From contig JANQQE010000029.1 in the NCBI GenBank assembly GCA_028285105.1, forward strand, positions 40,256 to 104,255: a stretch of DNA of 64,000 nucleotides. The letters are read 5' to 3'. Shown in pieces: positions 9,956 through 20,172 of the stretch. Both the position numbers and the translations under genes were made by a program. Each line of letters begins with the position of its first letter. Position 1 is the stretch's first letter. Below the pieces are notes generated by a model, which searched no databases, had not been told where the DNA came from, and saw only the letters and a program-made list of their open reading frames with translations. The DNA comes from Alphaproteobacteria bacterium. Lineage in GTDB: Bacteria; Planctomycetota; Phycisphaerae; UBA1845.

Positions 9956-12757
9956 ATGACACCCGCACAGTATCAACGCATTGGAGAGGTGTTTCTCGCG
10001 GCAACCCAACTAGATGCGAACCAGCGAGATGAATATGTGCGAAGTGCGTGCGGTTCGGATCTGGCGGTGCGCGACAAGGTTGCGGCGATGCTGGCGCAGC
10101 ACGATGCGCCGCAAATCGACCTGGAAACGCCGGCGCTGGAGGCATCCCTGGAGATTGAAGCGCTGTTGTCGAATCTTCCCGTACCGCACGCGGAAGCGAT
10201 ACCGGATCGACTGGGCAGCTATCACATCCTCGAATTACTGGGTCAAGGCGGCATGGGTGTCGTCTACCGCGCCGAGCAGCAGAATCCGAAACGAATCGTT
10301 GCGCTCAAGGCGATTCGACACGGTCTCTATGGCGCCAAGTCACTCCAACGATTCGCGCTCGAGGCTGAAGCATTGGCCCGACTTCAACATCCGGGCATCG
10401 CGCAGATTTTTGAAGCCGGTACCGATGGAGAAGTCGATGGCGCAGCGCAGCCTTACTTTGCAATGGAACTGGTCGAAGGCGAAACGCTTACCGATTTCGC
10501 GGAACATCAACAACTCACGATTCGTCAGCGCGTCAGGATACTGACCGACATTTGCGACGCAGTTCAACACGCGCATACCAAGGGCGTGATTCACCGGGAT
10601 TTGAAACCTGGCAACATCATCATTGATGCGGCAGGTCGTTGCAAAGTGCTTGACTTTGGTGTTGCGCGTATTCTGGACGTCGATGCACCTGCGCTGACTG
10701 GCGATACCGATTCGAGCCAACTCGTCGGAACCCTACAATACATGAGCCCGCAGCAAGTGTCGGGCGACTCGCGAAACGTCGATACAAAATGCGATGTGTA
10801 CGCTTTGGGCGTCATCGGATACGAACTGCTAGCGGGCCAACCCCCATACGACTTGACCGGCAAAAACATTCCACAAGCTTCGAGATTGATCGCCGAGGCG
10901 ATTCCGAAGCGAATGTCGCGAATGGACCGTCGGTTGGCGGGCGATCTGGAAACGATCGTTCAAAAAGCGCTCGAGAAGGACGCTGAACAGCGGTATCAAA
11001 CGGCCGGTGAGTTGGCCGCAGACCTCAGACGCTTCCTTGCGCACGAGCCAATCGTCGCCCGGCCCCAATCGCTTGCCTATCAGGTGCAGAAATTTGCCCA
11101 ACGACATCGCATTGCATTTGTTGCAACCTTGGCAGCTTGTCTTGCAATTGTCGTCGGTGTTGTCGGGGTGATCCACGGTGGCATGGTGGCTGAACAAGAA
11201 CGCATCGAAGCACAGCGACAGTTCAAAATCGCCAGTGCCATCAACGATTTTCTAAACGACGATCTCCTGTCGCTTGCAAACCCACTGGCAGAACCGGATG
11301 GCGATATTACCGTTCAGGAAGCGCTGGATCGCGCGTCGCGTTCGGTTGCGTCGAGATTCCCGAAACGCGATGAAGTCCGAGCCGCTATCGAGTCAACCCT
11401 GGGGCAAACATATATGACACTCGGCGTTTATTCAAAGGCAGAGCTTCATTTGAAAGAAGCGGATTCCATTTGTCAATCGCTCTATCGCGAAGACGATCCT
11501 CGAGCATTTGCTGCAAGCGCCCCCATGGTCGAGTTGCTGCGTCGGACGGGACGCCTCGATGAAGCCGAGTCGTTGGCCGAAAGATCGCTAGACGTCTTAA
11601 AGGTCGCCAAAGGGAGTCAGCATGTCGATACGTTGAATGCGATGGATGCCCTTGCCAGGGTGCAATTGGTGCGCGGCGAAGTCGAAGAAGCTGAATCGTT
11701 GTTACTGCAAGCGCTGGAGTCGATTGAGCAGATCGATCCCGATGGTGAACTCGCAATGCAATTGCGCAGCGGACTTTCCGATGCGTACAAAGAGCAGGGG
11801 CGCAATGACGAAGCCGCGCCACTCAACGAACTGTTGCTGGCTGATGCACGTGAGCGATGGGGCGACAATGACGCCCGCACGGCTATTGCGTTGAACAACC
11901 TGGCGACGCTCTATCTCCGGAAGGGCCTTTTCGATGATGCCCGCCGACTGCTCGAAGAAGCCGCTCAGATTGCCGAACCGATTCTTGGCGAAACGCATCC
12001 CGAAGTGCTGGCGATCAAGGGAAATCTCGGTACGACGTTCATGAACCTGGAGCGCTATTCTGAAGCGGCGGAAGTGCTGGCCATCACGTACGAACAGAAC
12101 AGGCGATTGCTAGGTGATGAGAACATGGATGTCATCATGAGCGGGCAGACGTTGGGAGCAGTGTACCGATACCTGCACAGGTACTCTGAGGCTCGGATCG
12201 TGTTTGAAGAAACGGTCGAAGCGGCTGATGCAACCCTGGGCGAACAACATCCACAATCGCTGTTTGCTCGGTCTTATCTGGGACTGACGCTTGTTGATTT
12301 GGAAGAGTTCGAGTCGGCTGAGGTGCTACTTCGGGCGACACTGAAACGCTATCGAGAGTCCATCGGGATTGGGCATCCCAACACATTGCATGCCGAGAAC
12401 GATTTGGCCAAGCTTTTGATGCTGCTGAAGCGATTCGAAGAAGCCGAAGCAATCTACCAGCGCATCCTCTCCGTGAAAATCGTCGATGCGCCGAACATTC
12501 AAATCCTTCGTGCCATCTTTCAGACCGGATACGGTCGCTGTTTGACTGCGATGGAAAGATACGAAGAATCTGAAGCGCAACTTCTATCCGCAGATGCTTT
12601 CCTGTCTCAAACCCAATGGGCCGAAAGGAAATACGGCCGCGATTCCATCGAAGCCTTGATCGAACTCTATGAAGCGTGGGGGCAATCCGAAAAACTTGGC
12701 GAGTCGCAGGCAAGGTTAAGCGGAATGGCCAACCCGTCCGCAGCGCAAGATCAATAA
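9956..12757 (+). CDS. Hanks-type Ser/Thr protein kinase with TM helix and kinesin-light-chain-type TPR array
   Basis: LGQGGMGVVY, VALKAI, HRDLKPGN, DFGVAR, GTLQYMSPQQ, TM (IAFVATLAACLAIVVGVVGVI), repeated HP..L....NLA TPRs. Starts 2 nt after the ECF stop. Confidence 0.93.
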   Translation: MTPAQYQRIGEVFLAATQLDANQRDEYVRSACGSDLAVRDKVAAMLAQHDAPQIDLETPALEASLEIEALLSNLPVPHAEAIPDRLGSYHILELLGQGGMGVVYRAEQQNPKRIVALKAIRHGLYGAKSLQRFALEAEALARLQHPGIAQIFEAGTDGEVDGAAQPYFAMELVEGETLTDFAEHQQLTIRQRVRILTDICDAVQHAHTKGVIHRDLKPGNIIIDAAGRCKVLDFGVARILDVDAPALTGDTDSSQLVGTLQYMSPQQVSGDSRNVDTKCDVYALGVIGYELLAGQPPYDLTGKNIPQASRLIAEAIPKRMSRMDRRLAGDLETIVQKALEKDAEQRYQTAGELAADLRRFLAHEPIVARPQSLAYQVQKFAQRHRIAFVATLAACLAIVVGVVGVIHGGMVAEQERIEAQRQFKIASAINDFLNDDLLSLANPLAEPDGDITVQEALDRASRSVASRFPKRDEVRAAIESTLGQTYMTLGVYSKAELHLKEADSICQSLYREDDPRAFAASAPMVELLRRTGRLDEAESLAERSLDVLKVAKGSQHVDTLNAMDALARVQLVRGEVEEAESLLLQALESIEQIDPDGELAMQLRSGLSDAYKEQGRNDEAAPLNELLLADARERWGDNDARTAIALNNLATLYLRKGLFDDARRLLEEAAQIAEPILGETHPEVLAIKGNLGTTFMNLERYSEAAEVLAITYEQNRRLLGDENMDVIMSGQTLGAVYRYLHRYSEARIVFEETVEAADATLGEQHPQSLFARSYLGLTLVDLEEFESAEVLLRATLKRYRESIGIGHPNTLHAENDLAKLLMLLKRFEEAEAIYQRILSVKIVDAPNIQILRAIFQTGYGRCLTAMERYEESEAQLLSADAFLSQTQWAERKYGRDSIEALIELYEAWGQSEKLGESQARLSGMANPSAAQDQ

Positions 12758-13025
12758 GGTGACAAGAGACAACTCGATTCGAGCGTTCGTAGGGTTGATT
12801 GTTTCGATCTGCGTCAAGATCGACAACAAAATTCGATGCGAATAGTCTGATTTTTTGAGAAGAATGCGTTGTGGGTGCGTCCACAGATTGCAAAACATTG
12901 GGATCTGAACCATTCCGTCCCGCATTGGCATGGCAGCCATCGGTTCTCTTGAGCGATGGGGATGTACCGATTACGATGCTGTCTGTCCAGGACCGGATAC
13001 CAAAGCACAACCAAGGGAGTATCGC

Positions 13026-15317
13026 ATGTCTGCCAAATCGATGGGCCAATTCTCGTTGATCGTTGCCGTTGTTTTTCAATTCGCCGTTTCGATTGTCTCG
13101 GCGCAGGAGAGTGTCGATCTTTCCCCGAAGTTCGAGGCTGACAGGACTGCCTACGTGGAACAGGATGCGGAGGTGATCGCCGAAAGCAAATCGCCGATGG
13201 GCCAGTTTGATATGACGCTCAATTTCAAGAGCGGCATTTTGAAGCATGTGAAGGCAGGCACCAAGGGCGCCAACGTCGATTTGACCATTGATCGGGCTGC
13301 AATGACCTTCGACAGCAGCATGGGTCCGTCATTTTTTGACTCGGACATTCCGGACGAGGAGCAATCGGCACAATGGGGACAGATCCTCGGACCGCAGGTC
13401 GGTTCGACGCTGGGGTTAGAAGTCGACGGAAGCAACAAGGTTGTGAAATGCACGGGCATGGAGGCGCTGGTTAAGAAAATCGACGCGGAAGCCACCGAAA
13501 ATATGTTCTGGCAAATGGAGCGAAAGAAATACGACGCCGCAGCCTATGCAGCGCAGTGGCAGAATCTGGCATTGAGCATCTTCCCTGAAAAAGAAGTCAA
13601 AGTCGGGGACACTTGGACCAAGCGATACATCGAAGACATGGCCGAGTTGAAAGACTTCGGTTTCGATTGCACCTACAAACTCGAATCGATTTCAAAGAAT
13701 AATGGCGAGACACTCGCTGAGATATCGTTTCAAGGAAAAGTCGCCGACAAGCAGGGCGATTACGAAGCCGACAGTTGGATGCCTGTCTCCGGTATCGAGG
13801 TTCAGAAAGCAACACTATCCGGAACCGCGACCATCAACGTCGATCGCGGAGAACTCGTCCGCCGCGAAGATCACGCGGAGATTGCTTACAGCGGAAGCAT
13901 GGGGCAGGGCGGCGACGAACCCAACATGAGTACGTCACGCAAGATCACCCGAAATTATGTGGTCAAATCAGTGGACGAACGACGCGCCGAGAAAGAAAAA
14001 AACACGCAGATTGCAGCAGCGAAAAAGCGAAAGGCGGAAGAAGCGCAAGCAGAACGCCGCCGTCGATTCGCAGACGCCAAGAAAGTTGACGTTTCTACTG
14101 CGTCGCGCGAAAACCCGATCGGTGTCGCCGAGTCCTGGCCGCAGTGGGGCGGACCGCACGGAGATTTCAAAGCCAACTCTGCTGGACTGGCGGACAAGTG
14201 GCCGGAAGGCGGACCCAAGATGCTTTGGAGTCGCGAATTGGGCGACGGGTATTCGTCGATCGTCTCTGACGGCAAATGGTTGTACACCATGTATCGCCCG
14301 GTTGACGAAGCGAAAAACAAGACCGACGAGATCGTTGTCGCCCTCGATCCAAAGACCGGCGAGACGATCTGGGAATTCAAATATGAGGCGCCTTATGTAG
14401 AAGGCACAGATGCAAGTTTTGGTCGTGGCCCGCATTCAACCCCGCTGATCGTCGGCGATCGGTTGTTCACGGTGGGGTCGATGGTCGATTTGTATTGCCT
14501 CGATAAAAACACGGGCAAAGTCATCTGGCACCACAATCTGATTAAGGAGATGGGCGCTTCGCACATGATGTACGGATACGGTGCGAGTCCGCTTGCACAC
14601 GATGGAAAAATCATTCTTCCTGTCGGCGGGGAAGGGAAAGCCGTCGTTGCCTTCAACCAAGACGACGGAAAAGTCGCATGGAAATACGCTGACTTCGGTG
14701 CGACGCATGCATCTGTGTTCGTGATCAAGCAGGAAGGCAAGGAACAACTCGTATTGTTTGCTGCCAGCGAAATTGCTGGAATCGACCCTTCTGACGGCAG
14801 CACCATGTGGCGTGTCGAACACCCGACACAATGGGGCGCCAACATCTCAACGCCGGTTTGGGGACACGACGGTTGGATGTTCGTTTCGTCGGCATATGGC
14901 ATGGGAAGTCGCGGAATCCGCCTGTCGGCTGACGGGGGCAAACCGGTCGCAAAAGAGATGTGGCACAACAACAAAATGAAAATTCACCACGGTAACGCGG
15001 TTCGTGTTGGCAATTTCGTGTACGGCGCAAGTGGTGATTTTGGTCCCGTGTTCTATGCGGCTGTCGATATCGAGACCGGCGAATTGGCGTGGCGAAATCG
15101 CGAAGTCGGTAAGGGTTCGAGCATCTTTGCCGATGGAAAGATGCTCATCCTTAATGAGAGCGGTACGTTGTTTCTTGCGAAGGTATCGCCCACTGAATTG
15201 AAGATCAAATCGCAAGTGCAGGTTTCAGACGGCCGAACCTGGACTGTGCCGACCTTGATTGGCAAGCGACTCTACTTGCGCGACCGCAAGGGAATCATGG
15301 CGCTGGACCTGGGATAG
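13026..15317 (+). CDS. Exported protein: N-terminal beta-rich domain (DUF6263-like), charged linker, PQQ-like beta-propeller
   Basis: Start reassigned to ATG 13026 (GGGAG SD; signal peptide MSAKSMGQFSLIVAVVFQFAVSIVSAQE). WPQWGGPHGD followed by repeated LD..TG...W propeller blades. Confidence 0.8.
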   Translation: MSAKSMGQFSLIVAVVFQFAVSIVSAQESVDLSPKFEADRTAYVEQDAEVIAESKSPMGQFDMTLNFKSGILKHVKAGTKGANVDLTIDRAAMTFDSSMGPSFFDSDIPDEEQSAQWGQILGPQVGSTLGLEVDGSNKVVKCTGMEALVKKIDAEATENMFWQMERKKYDAAAYAAQWQNLALSIFPEKEVKVGDTWTKRYIEDMAELKDFGFDCTYKLESISKNNGETLAEISFQGKVADKQGDYEADSWMPVSGIEVQKATLSGTATINVDRGELVRREDHAEIAYSGSMGQGGDEPNMSTSRKITRNYVVKSVDERRAEKEKNTQIAAAKKRKAEEAQAERRRRFADAKKVDVSTASRENPIGVAESWPQWGGPHGDFKANSAGLADKWPEGGPKMLWSRELGDGYSSIVSDGKWLYTMYRPVDEAKNKTDEIVVALDPKTGETIWEFKYEAPYVEGTDASFGRGPHSTPLIVGDRLFTVGSMVDLYCLDKNTGKVIWHHNLIKEMGASHMMYGYGASPLAHDGKIILPVGGEGKAVVAFNQDDGKVAWKYADFGATHASVFVIKQEGKEQLVLFAASEIAGIDPSDGSTMWRVEHPTQWGANISTPVWGHDGWMFVSSAYGMGSRGIRLSADGGKPVAKEMWHNNKMKIHHGNAVRVGNFVYGASGDFGPVFYAAVDIETGELAWRNREVGKGSSIFADGKMLILNESGTLFLAKVSPTELKIKSQVQVSDGRTWTVPTLIGKRLYLRDRKGIMALDLG

Positions 15318-15605
15318 CATGGCAGGTCCAGGTGAATTTGAGCGTCTGCTACTGGTGTTCCGGTGGATGGGGATCGCCAGCATCTGGGTGACAAGGATTG
15401 AGAAGGCGATCGACCGATCAGGAATTGCCGCGAGGACTTCTTTCTTGAACTCGATGTCGGACCGTTTGTACATGTGTAACTCAGTCAAATCACCCGAACC
15501 GAATCGTCACAAGTTCGCACTGCCCTAAAGCGTGTACAGGAAATCCTGTCTTACCAAGATTTGAAATTCTTGCGCCATTCAACGTGGAGTAGTGAACGAA
15601 TTCGG

Positions 15606-16469
15606 TTAGCTGGCCGACATTGGGTTTGTTAGAGTACCGTGCGAAAGATTGATATGACGTTGCAATTCGTTCTTGAGTTCCTCAAAGTCCATTGGCTTGG
15701 ATAGGAACGCAACCGCACCAAGGCTGATGAGCTCGCGTTCCAACGCGAAGTCTTTCTGATTTCCTATGCATTGGCCCGTGAGCACGATGACCGGAATGTT
15801 ACGGGTCATCGAGTGACTTCGCAGTTTACCAAGCAAGAAGTTGCCGTAACCATCCGGCATTCTAAAATCCATAACGATGACATCCGGCTGACACTTTAGT
15901 GCCGTCCAATACCCTTGCATTCCACTGAATGCCCGATCAACTTCGACTCCGTATTTGCGCAATCGAATCTTGATTGCTTTGGAAATGTCGGGAGCGTCGT
16001 CTACGACCAGAACTCTGGGCGCCTTCGTCGATTTCAACTCAGGTTCGACGGGATCGGAAATGGTCGCCTGTTGCTTTGTTTCTGAACTGCCAGTCTCGTC
16101 GAGGTCCAGCAACTGCCGTATAAGCGGTTTCAGATCGCCCCAGGTATCCAGTCCCTTCCAAACGTAATGCACGCCCAACTCTTTGCAACGGGCGGTGGTT
16201 TCGTCGTCGGACAGCCCGGTCAATAGAATGGCCGGAATGGGTTCGAGCGTTGAGTCCTTCGCAAGGTGTTCATGGAGGAACAGACCATCGCCACCCGGCA
16301 TGTTCATGTCGAGAATAAGAAGATCTGGCCGGTACTTGGCGATGGACTGACTGGCTTCCAACCCATCGGAACACGGAATGACCTCAAGCCCCAAACTCTT
16401 ACACCGCAGCGACAATGCAGCCACCAAAGTTTGATCGTCATCCGCCAAAAGGACTTTCTTCGCAACCAT
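15606..16469 (-). CDS. Tandem two-receiver response regulator without output domain
   Basis: VLLADDD...LILDMNMPGGDG and VLVVDDA...VIVMDFRMPDGYG...FLSKP; AGGAG SD. Confidence 0.9.
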   Translation of the reverse strand: MVAKKVLLADDDQTLVAALSLRCKSLGLEVIPCSDGLEASQSIAKYRPDLLILDMNMPGGDGLFLHEHLAKDSTLEPIPAILLTGLSDDETTARCKELGVHYVWKGLDTWGDLKPLIRQLLDLDETGSSETKQQATISDPVEPELKSTKAPRVLVVDDAPDISKAIKIRLRKYGVEVDRAFSGMQGYWTALKCQPDVIVMDFRMPDGYGNFLLGKLRSHSMTRNIPVIVLTGQCIGNQKDFALERELISLGAVAFLSKPMDFEELKNELQRHINLSHGTLTNPMSAS

Positions 16470-16625
16470 CCCTCACTCCTGTAGACCCATGCATCATCGA
16501 CGCAGTAAATTCATCAATCGCCGACGCAAACAGCGCTTGTTGTTGTAGCGATGCCTGAAGTTCGAATCCATGTTCAGGCACTGAACCTTACAATTCGTTG
16601 GGTGCAGTTTGCTCTGTCGATGCGG

Positions 16626-18374
16626 TTATCGGTACGAATGTGCTTCGGTGAGTTCACTCTCGTCGGTCGAATTCTTCTCGGCGGAACGCAAAGTGAACTT
16701 GAATGACGTGCCTTGCGACATGTTCGACTCTGCCCATATTTTTCCACCGTGGCGCTCCACAACCTTGCGGCAAATCGCCAGGCCAATTCCGCTGCCTTCG
16801 TATTCGGACCGGCCATGCAACCGCTTGAAGGGCGAGAATATCTGGTCCAGGTACTGATCTTCGATTCCAATGCCGTTATCGCTTACTGTGATCGTATGAC
16901 CGTCGTTCGTTGCCTCCGCCGTGACCTCTACAAAAGCATTTCGATCCGGGCTCTTGTACTTGATGCCATTGCCAATCAGATTCTGGAACAGTTGCGTGAG
17001 CAATCGGGCGTCTCCGAGTACTCTGGGCAGGTTTGAATGTGTGATCGTTGATTCAGATTCCTCGATACGCAGCGACAGTATATTCATCGCATCGGCGAGA
17101 CACGTTTGAAGTTCGATTGGTTCCAGTCGGGTCTCGCCCCGGCTTGAGCGCGACAACTCAAGCAGATCGTCAACCAGATTTTCCATGCGGTTTGCGGCGT
17201 CAGTGATGAATTTCAAGTCCGTGGCCGCATCTTCGGGCAGGTCTCCCCCCAGATCCATGGGCAGGAGTTTGCTGAATGATTGCAGTTTGCGCAATGGTTC
17301 CTGAAGGTCATGGCTGGCGATGTAGGTGAATTCATCCAGTTCCTTGTTGCGGGTGACCAGCGTTTCGTTTGCGCGATCCAATCGTTGCGCAAACTCTTCG
17401 GCATCTTGTTTGGCTTGCTCTGCGTCTTCCATCATGCTTAGCAGCGCTCGTCTCTGTCTGTAGAGTTCTTGGGTCTGCTTCAATTGCAGTCCGTTGACTT
17501 GCAACAGGTGACTTTCCACAACCGTTCGTTTCTCGATTTCGTTGCTGAGACGAGCGTTTGCTGTGTTCAATTCGGCGATGTTGGACCATGCATTGTCGAA
17601 TATCCTTCGCATGTCGGTCACCAGACCGACGAACAGGCAACCATAGCTCAATATCTTCAGCACATGGGCTGAATCGAACATGATGTCGTTCAGGGATCGT
17701 GACCTGGACATAAACAGGACTTGTGTGATGAAGCCCAAGATGAGCGAGATGACCAACCAATGTTCGAACGGGTCGTGTTTCCAGTGCCCCTTGCGATAGA
17801 ATCCAACCAATGCAATTAGGAAGGCAATAGCTGGTAAGAACTCCTGCGGTCTGGAAAAATATAGCTCTGGATACTGAGCACGCGGAAGCGGAACGAGCGA
17901 AAAAAACAACATTGTGGCGACAGTAACGATCCCAACAAATACGAACGCCCTGACCTCGCTGATGGACGTTTTCGTTCCAGACGTATTTCGCCTCCATACA
18001 AGCCAACTTGCCACCATCAACAGACTGAGAAAGCATCGGGGAGCATACCAACTCCACGGCAAAAGTGACGGCGGTGCGGATGGAATGAATGGATCGAATA
18101 AGGAACTGGTCAATGCGCAATGAATGCCATCTAGAAACGTCGTTCCAAGAAATCCGGCTCCCAACAGCAAGATTGCACTGTCTTTCTTGGAATAGTAGCG
18201 TACCAATGCGATCACGCCGATGATAAGAGATAGCAGCGTCGCCATCAGTTCCAGGCGCGTGTGGATTTCATCGGATCCAACCCAATCGTTCTTGCTGATC
18301 AGTACGCACCCGCATATTAGTGCTACGATCACGCACAAATACGTGACTTGCCGATTTCGCGCGGTTCTATCCAC
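16626..18374 (-). CDS. MASE3 membrane-sensor histidine kinase (Cph1-like DLQEPLR class)
   Basis: Multi-TM N-terminus (HTRLELMATLLS...FLGTTFLDGIH...HVLKILSY); ASHDLQEPLRK H-box; QNLIGNGIKY, DNGIGI, GSGIGLAIC. Confidence 0.9.
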   Translation of the reverse strand: MDRTARNRQVTYLCVIVALICGCVLISKNDWVGSDEIHTRLELMATLLSLIIGVIALVRYYSKKDSAILLLGAGFLGTTFLDGIHCALTSSLFDPFIPSAPPSLLPWSWYAPRCFLSLLMVASWLVWRRNTSGTKTSISEVRAFVFVGIVTVATMLFFSLVPLPRAQYPELYFSRPQEFLPAIAFLIALVGFYRKGHWKHDPFEHWLVISLILGFITQVLFMSRSRSLNDIMFDSAHVLKILSYGCLFVGLVTDMRRIFDNAWSNIAELNTANARLSNEIEKRTVVESHLLQVNGLQLKQTQELYRQRRALLSMMEDAEQAKQDAEEFAQRLDRANETLVTRNKELDEFTYIASHDLQEPLRKLQSFSKLLPMDLGGDLPEDAATDLKFITDAANRMENLVDDLLELSRSSRGETRLEPIELQTCLADAMNILSLRIEESESTITHSNLPRVLGDARLLTQLFQNLIGNGIKYKSPDRNAFVEVTAEATNDGHTITVSDNGIGIEDQYLDQIFSPFKRLHGRSEYEGSGIGLAICRKVVERHGGKIWAESNMSQGTSFKFTLRSAEKNSTDESELTEAHSYR

Positions 18375-19788
18375 CCACCGATCCTTGTTTGAATTGAGTT
18401 TCTACATCATCGTAATTGCCTTGAAACTCAGGTGGCCGATTCGTGTTTTCGAGCATCTCGTTGAGTCGCAGTTTGAGTTCGATGATTCGTTCCTCACGAC
18501 TTAACGCCAATTGATTAAAACGTTCGAGGTCAGAATTTGCCGACTCCAGTTCTAATGCGCGGTTTTGCAGTTCTGCGTACATCGCCACCCGTTCGCTGAT
18601 GTCCCGAATAACGCCGGTAAAGACCCTGCCTTCCGCAAGCTCGACTTCGCTGACGCCAAGTTCAATCGGAATGGTCGCACCATCTGAGCGCCTGGCATGA
18701 AGTTCGCGCCGCGCGCCGATGATGTGTTTCTCGCCGGTCTTGAGATATCGGCGCAAATACTCGTCGTGCTGGGTTGCATGCGACCCTTCCATCAGGATGT
18801 TAACGTTTTTGCCAATCACATCCTCTGCGCGATAACCAAGGATTTTCTCGGCTGCGGAATTGAACAGTTCGATCGTGCCTTCCTCGGAAATCGTAACGAT
18901 TCCATCGACGACCGTTCCAAGTACAGCTTCCAGCCTTTGCTCGCTGTCCGAAAGCGCACGCGAAACCCGTTGAATTTGTGCCGAACGCATCACAGTCAAA
19001 ACGACGAACCAAAATGCGACGGCATAGGCCATCAATCGAAGTACATGCCAACCCCACCAGGGCAAATCCCACAGCGTCGATTGTTCGAACATGATCGACG
19101 CCGCACCGAACAAAATACAATGAAGGGAAAACATCAGGTCGTCGACGAACCGATCTCGAAAGTAAACGCGAACCAGCGTCACTCCCGCAACCAGAAAGAA
19201 CAAACCACCGAAGATGTTCATCGATTTGGCTGCCGTCGTGAAACCGCCATCCATCGTCATTTTTGGAATTGCGGAGGGATTGGCAATTGACAGGAGTCCG
19301 AACCCCAGCGAAAACAGGGTCACCCCCCAGATCCATCGTGTGTTAAGTTTCGCCAATCGCTTCTTTGGCAAACAAACCAGGCAGAACAACAAGCCGCCGA
19401 ACAGGGTGGCTGCACTGTGAAGCCATACAAATATTTTGCCTGCATGAACTGCTGCGTGCAGCCCGTCCAAAATGCCCATCGCTACGAGCGCACATGCGAT
19501 TGGGATGTTAAAACTTGTTCCCTCATTGCGACGTTCGAGCGACACCAACATCATCGCCACCAGAATGGAAATCACCGAACCGCCGAATTCGGCGCAGGCA
19601 TGCAGCGGATAATGGACTCCCTTCCAACCAGCGAACACCGTATTGCCAGCCACCAACGCCAAAATATGAACAGCCAGGCTGACTGCAATGATGGCCCAGA
19701 TTGCTTTGCGAATCCGGGGCGATGCCGATGAGTCAATGGGTTTTGAGGTAGTGCCTTGCAATGTCGTGTCCCGTTTGGCGTGCTTCAA
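18367..19788 (-). CDS. MASE3 + FixL-like PAS sensor with C-terminal coiled coil and no kinase domain
   Basis: MASE3-type TMs (HACAEFGG, MGILDGLHA, WWGWHVLRL); PAS FNSAAEKILGY...QHDEYLRRYLKTGEKHIIGARREL; ends LERFNQLALSREERIIELK. Confidence 0.85.
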   Translation of the reverse strand: MKHAKRDTTLQGTTSKPIDSSASPRIRKAIWAIIAVSLAVHILALVAGNTVFAGWKGVHYPLHACAEFGGSVISILVAMMLVSLERRNEGTSFNIPIACALVAMGILDGLHAAVHAGKIFVWLHSAATLFGGLLFCLVCLPKKRLAKLNTRWIWGVTLFSLGFGLLSIANPSAIPKMTMDGGFTTAAKSMNIFGGLFFLVAGVTLVRVYFRDRFVDDLMFSLHCILFGAASIMFEQSTLWDLPWWGWHVLRLMAYAVAFWFVVLTVMRSAQIQRVSRALSDSEQRLEAVLGTVVDGIVTISEEGTIELFNSAAEKILGYRAEDVIGKNVNILMEGSHATQHDEYLRRYLKTGEKHIIGARRELHARRSDGATIPIELGVSEVELAEGRVFTGVIRDISERVAMYAELQNRALELESANSDLERFNQLALSREERIIELKLRLNEMLENTNRPPEFQGNYDDVETQFKQGSVGG

Positions 19789-20003
19789 TTGACTGGCTGC
19801 GAGTCAGTGGATGGATGTCTTTCGCAATCTGTGTCCTGCTCTGTGAGTGCGAAGAGTTTGTGGATACTGGATTCACTAAAGCGCCATTGGCCTCCAATCT
19901 TAGCACCGGGCAGTCGGCCTTCTCGTACCTCCCGATAAACAGTCTCTCGACTGACGCGCAAGAGCTTGCTGACTTCATTGATGTCGAGAAATCTGTCTGA
20001 CAT
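19785..20003 (-). CDS. Small HTH_17 (excisionase/MerR-like) DNA-binding protein
   Basis: MSDRFLDINEVSKLLRVSRETVYREVREGRLPGAKIGGQWRFS. Start reassigned to ATG 20003 (AAGGA SD); TTGA overlap with the next gene. Confidence 0.85.
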   Translation of the reverse strand: MSDRFLDINEVSKLLRVSRETVYREVREGRLPGAKIGGQWRFSESSIHKLFALTEQDTDCERHPSTDSQPVN

Positions 20004-20172
20004 TTGTGTCTGTTCCTTCGGACCGGTGACCAAGAGTAGCCAGTGTTGACCAGGTTCATCGGCATGAATGAAGACAAGCTTGATGCTTTCATTTGCCATT
20101 GCGACGGGTCGAATGCTACGCTACGCCTGCGGGAGATGAGGTTGAAATTCGTATCGAAGAGAGGGGAGAAAC

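Noticed and set aside
12135-13247. 370-aa minus-strand ORF
   Set aside because: Shadow of two well-supported plus-strand genes, with no motifs.
16552-16580. Inverted repeat TGCCTGAA/TTCAGGCA with GTTCGAATC in the loop
   Set aside because: No cloverleaf and no U-tract; at most an intercistronic hairpin, with no further support.
19785-20003. Prophage or integrative element suggested by the excisionase-like HTH
   Set aside because: No integrase, att repeats or phage genes are present.
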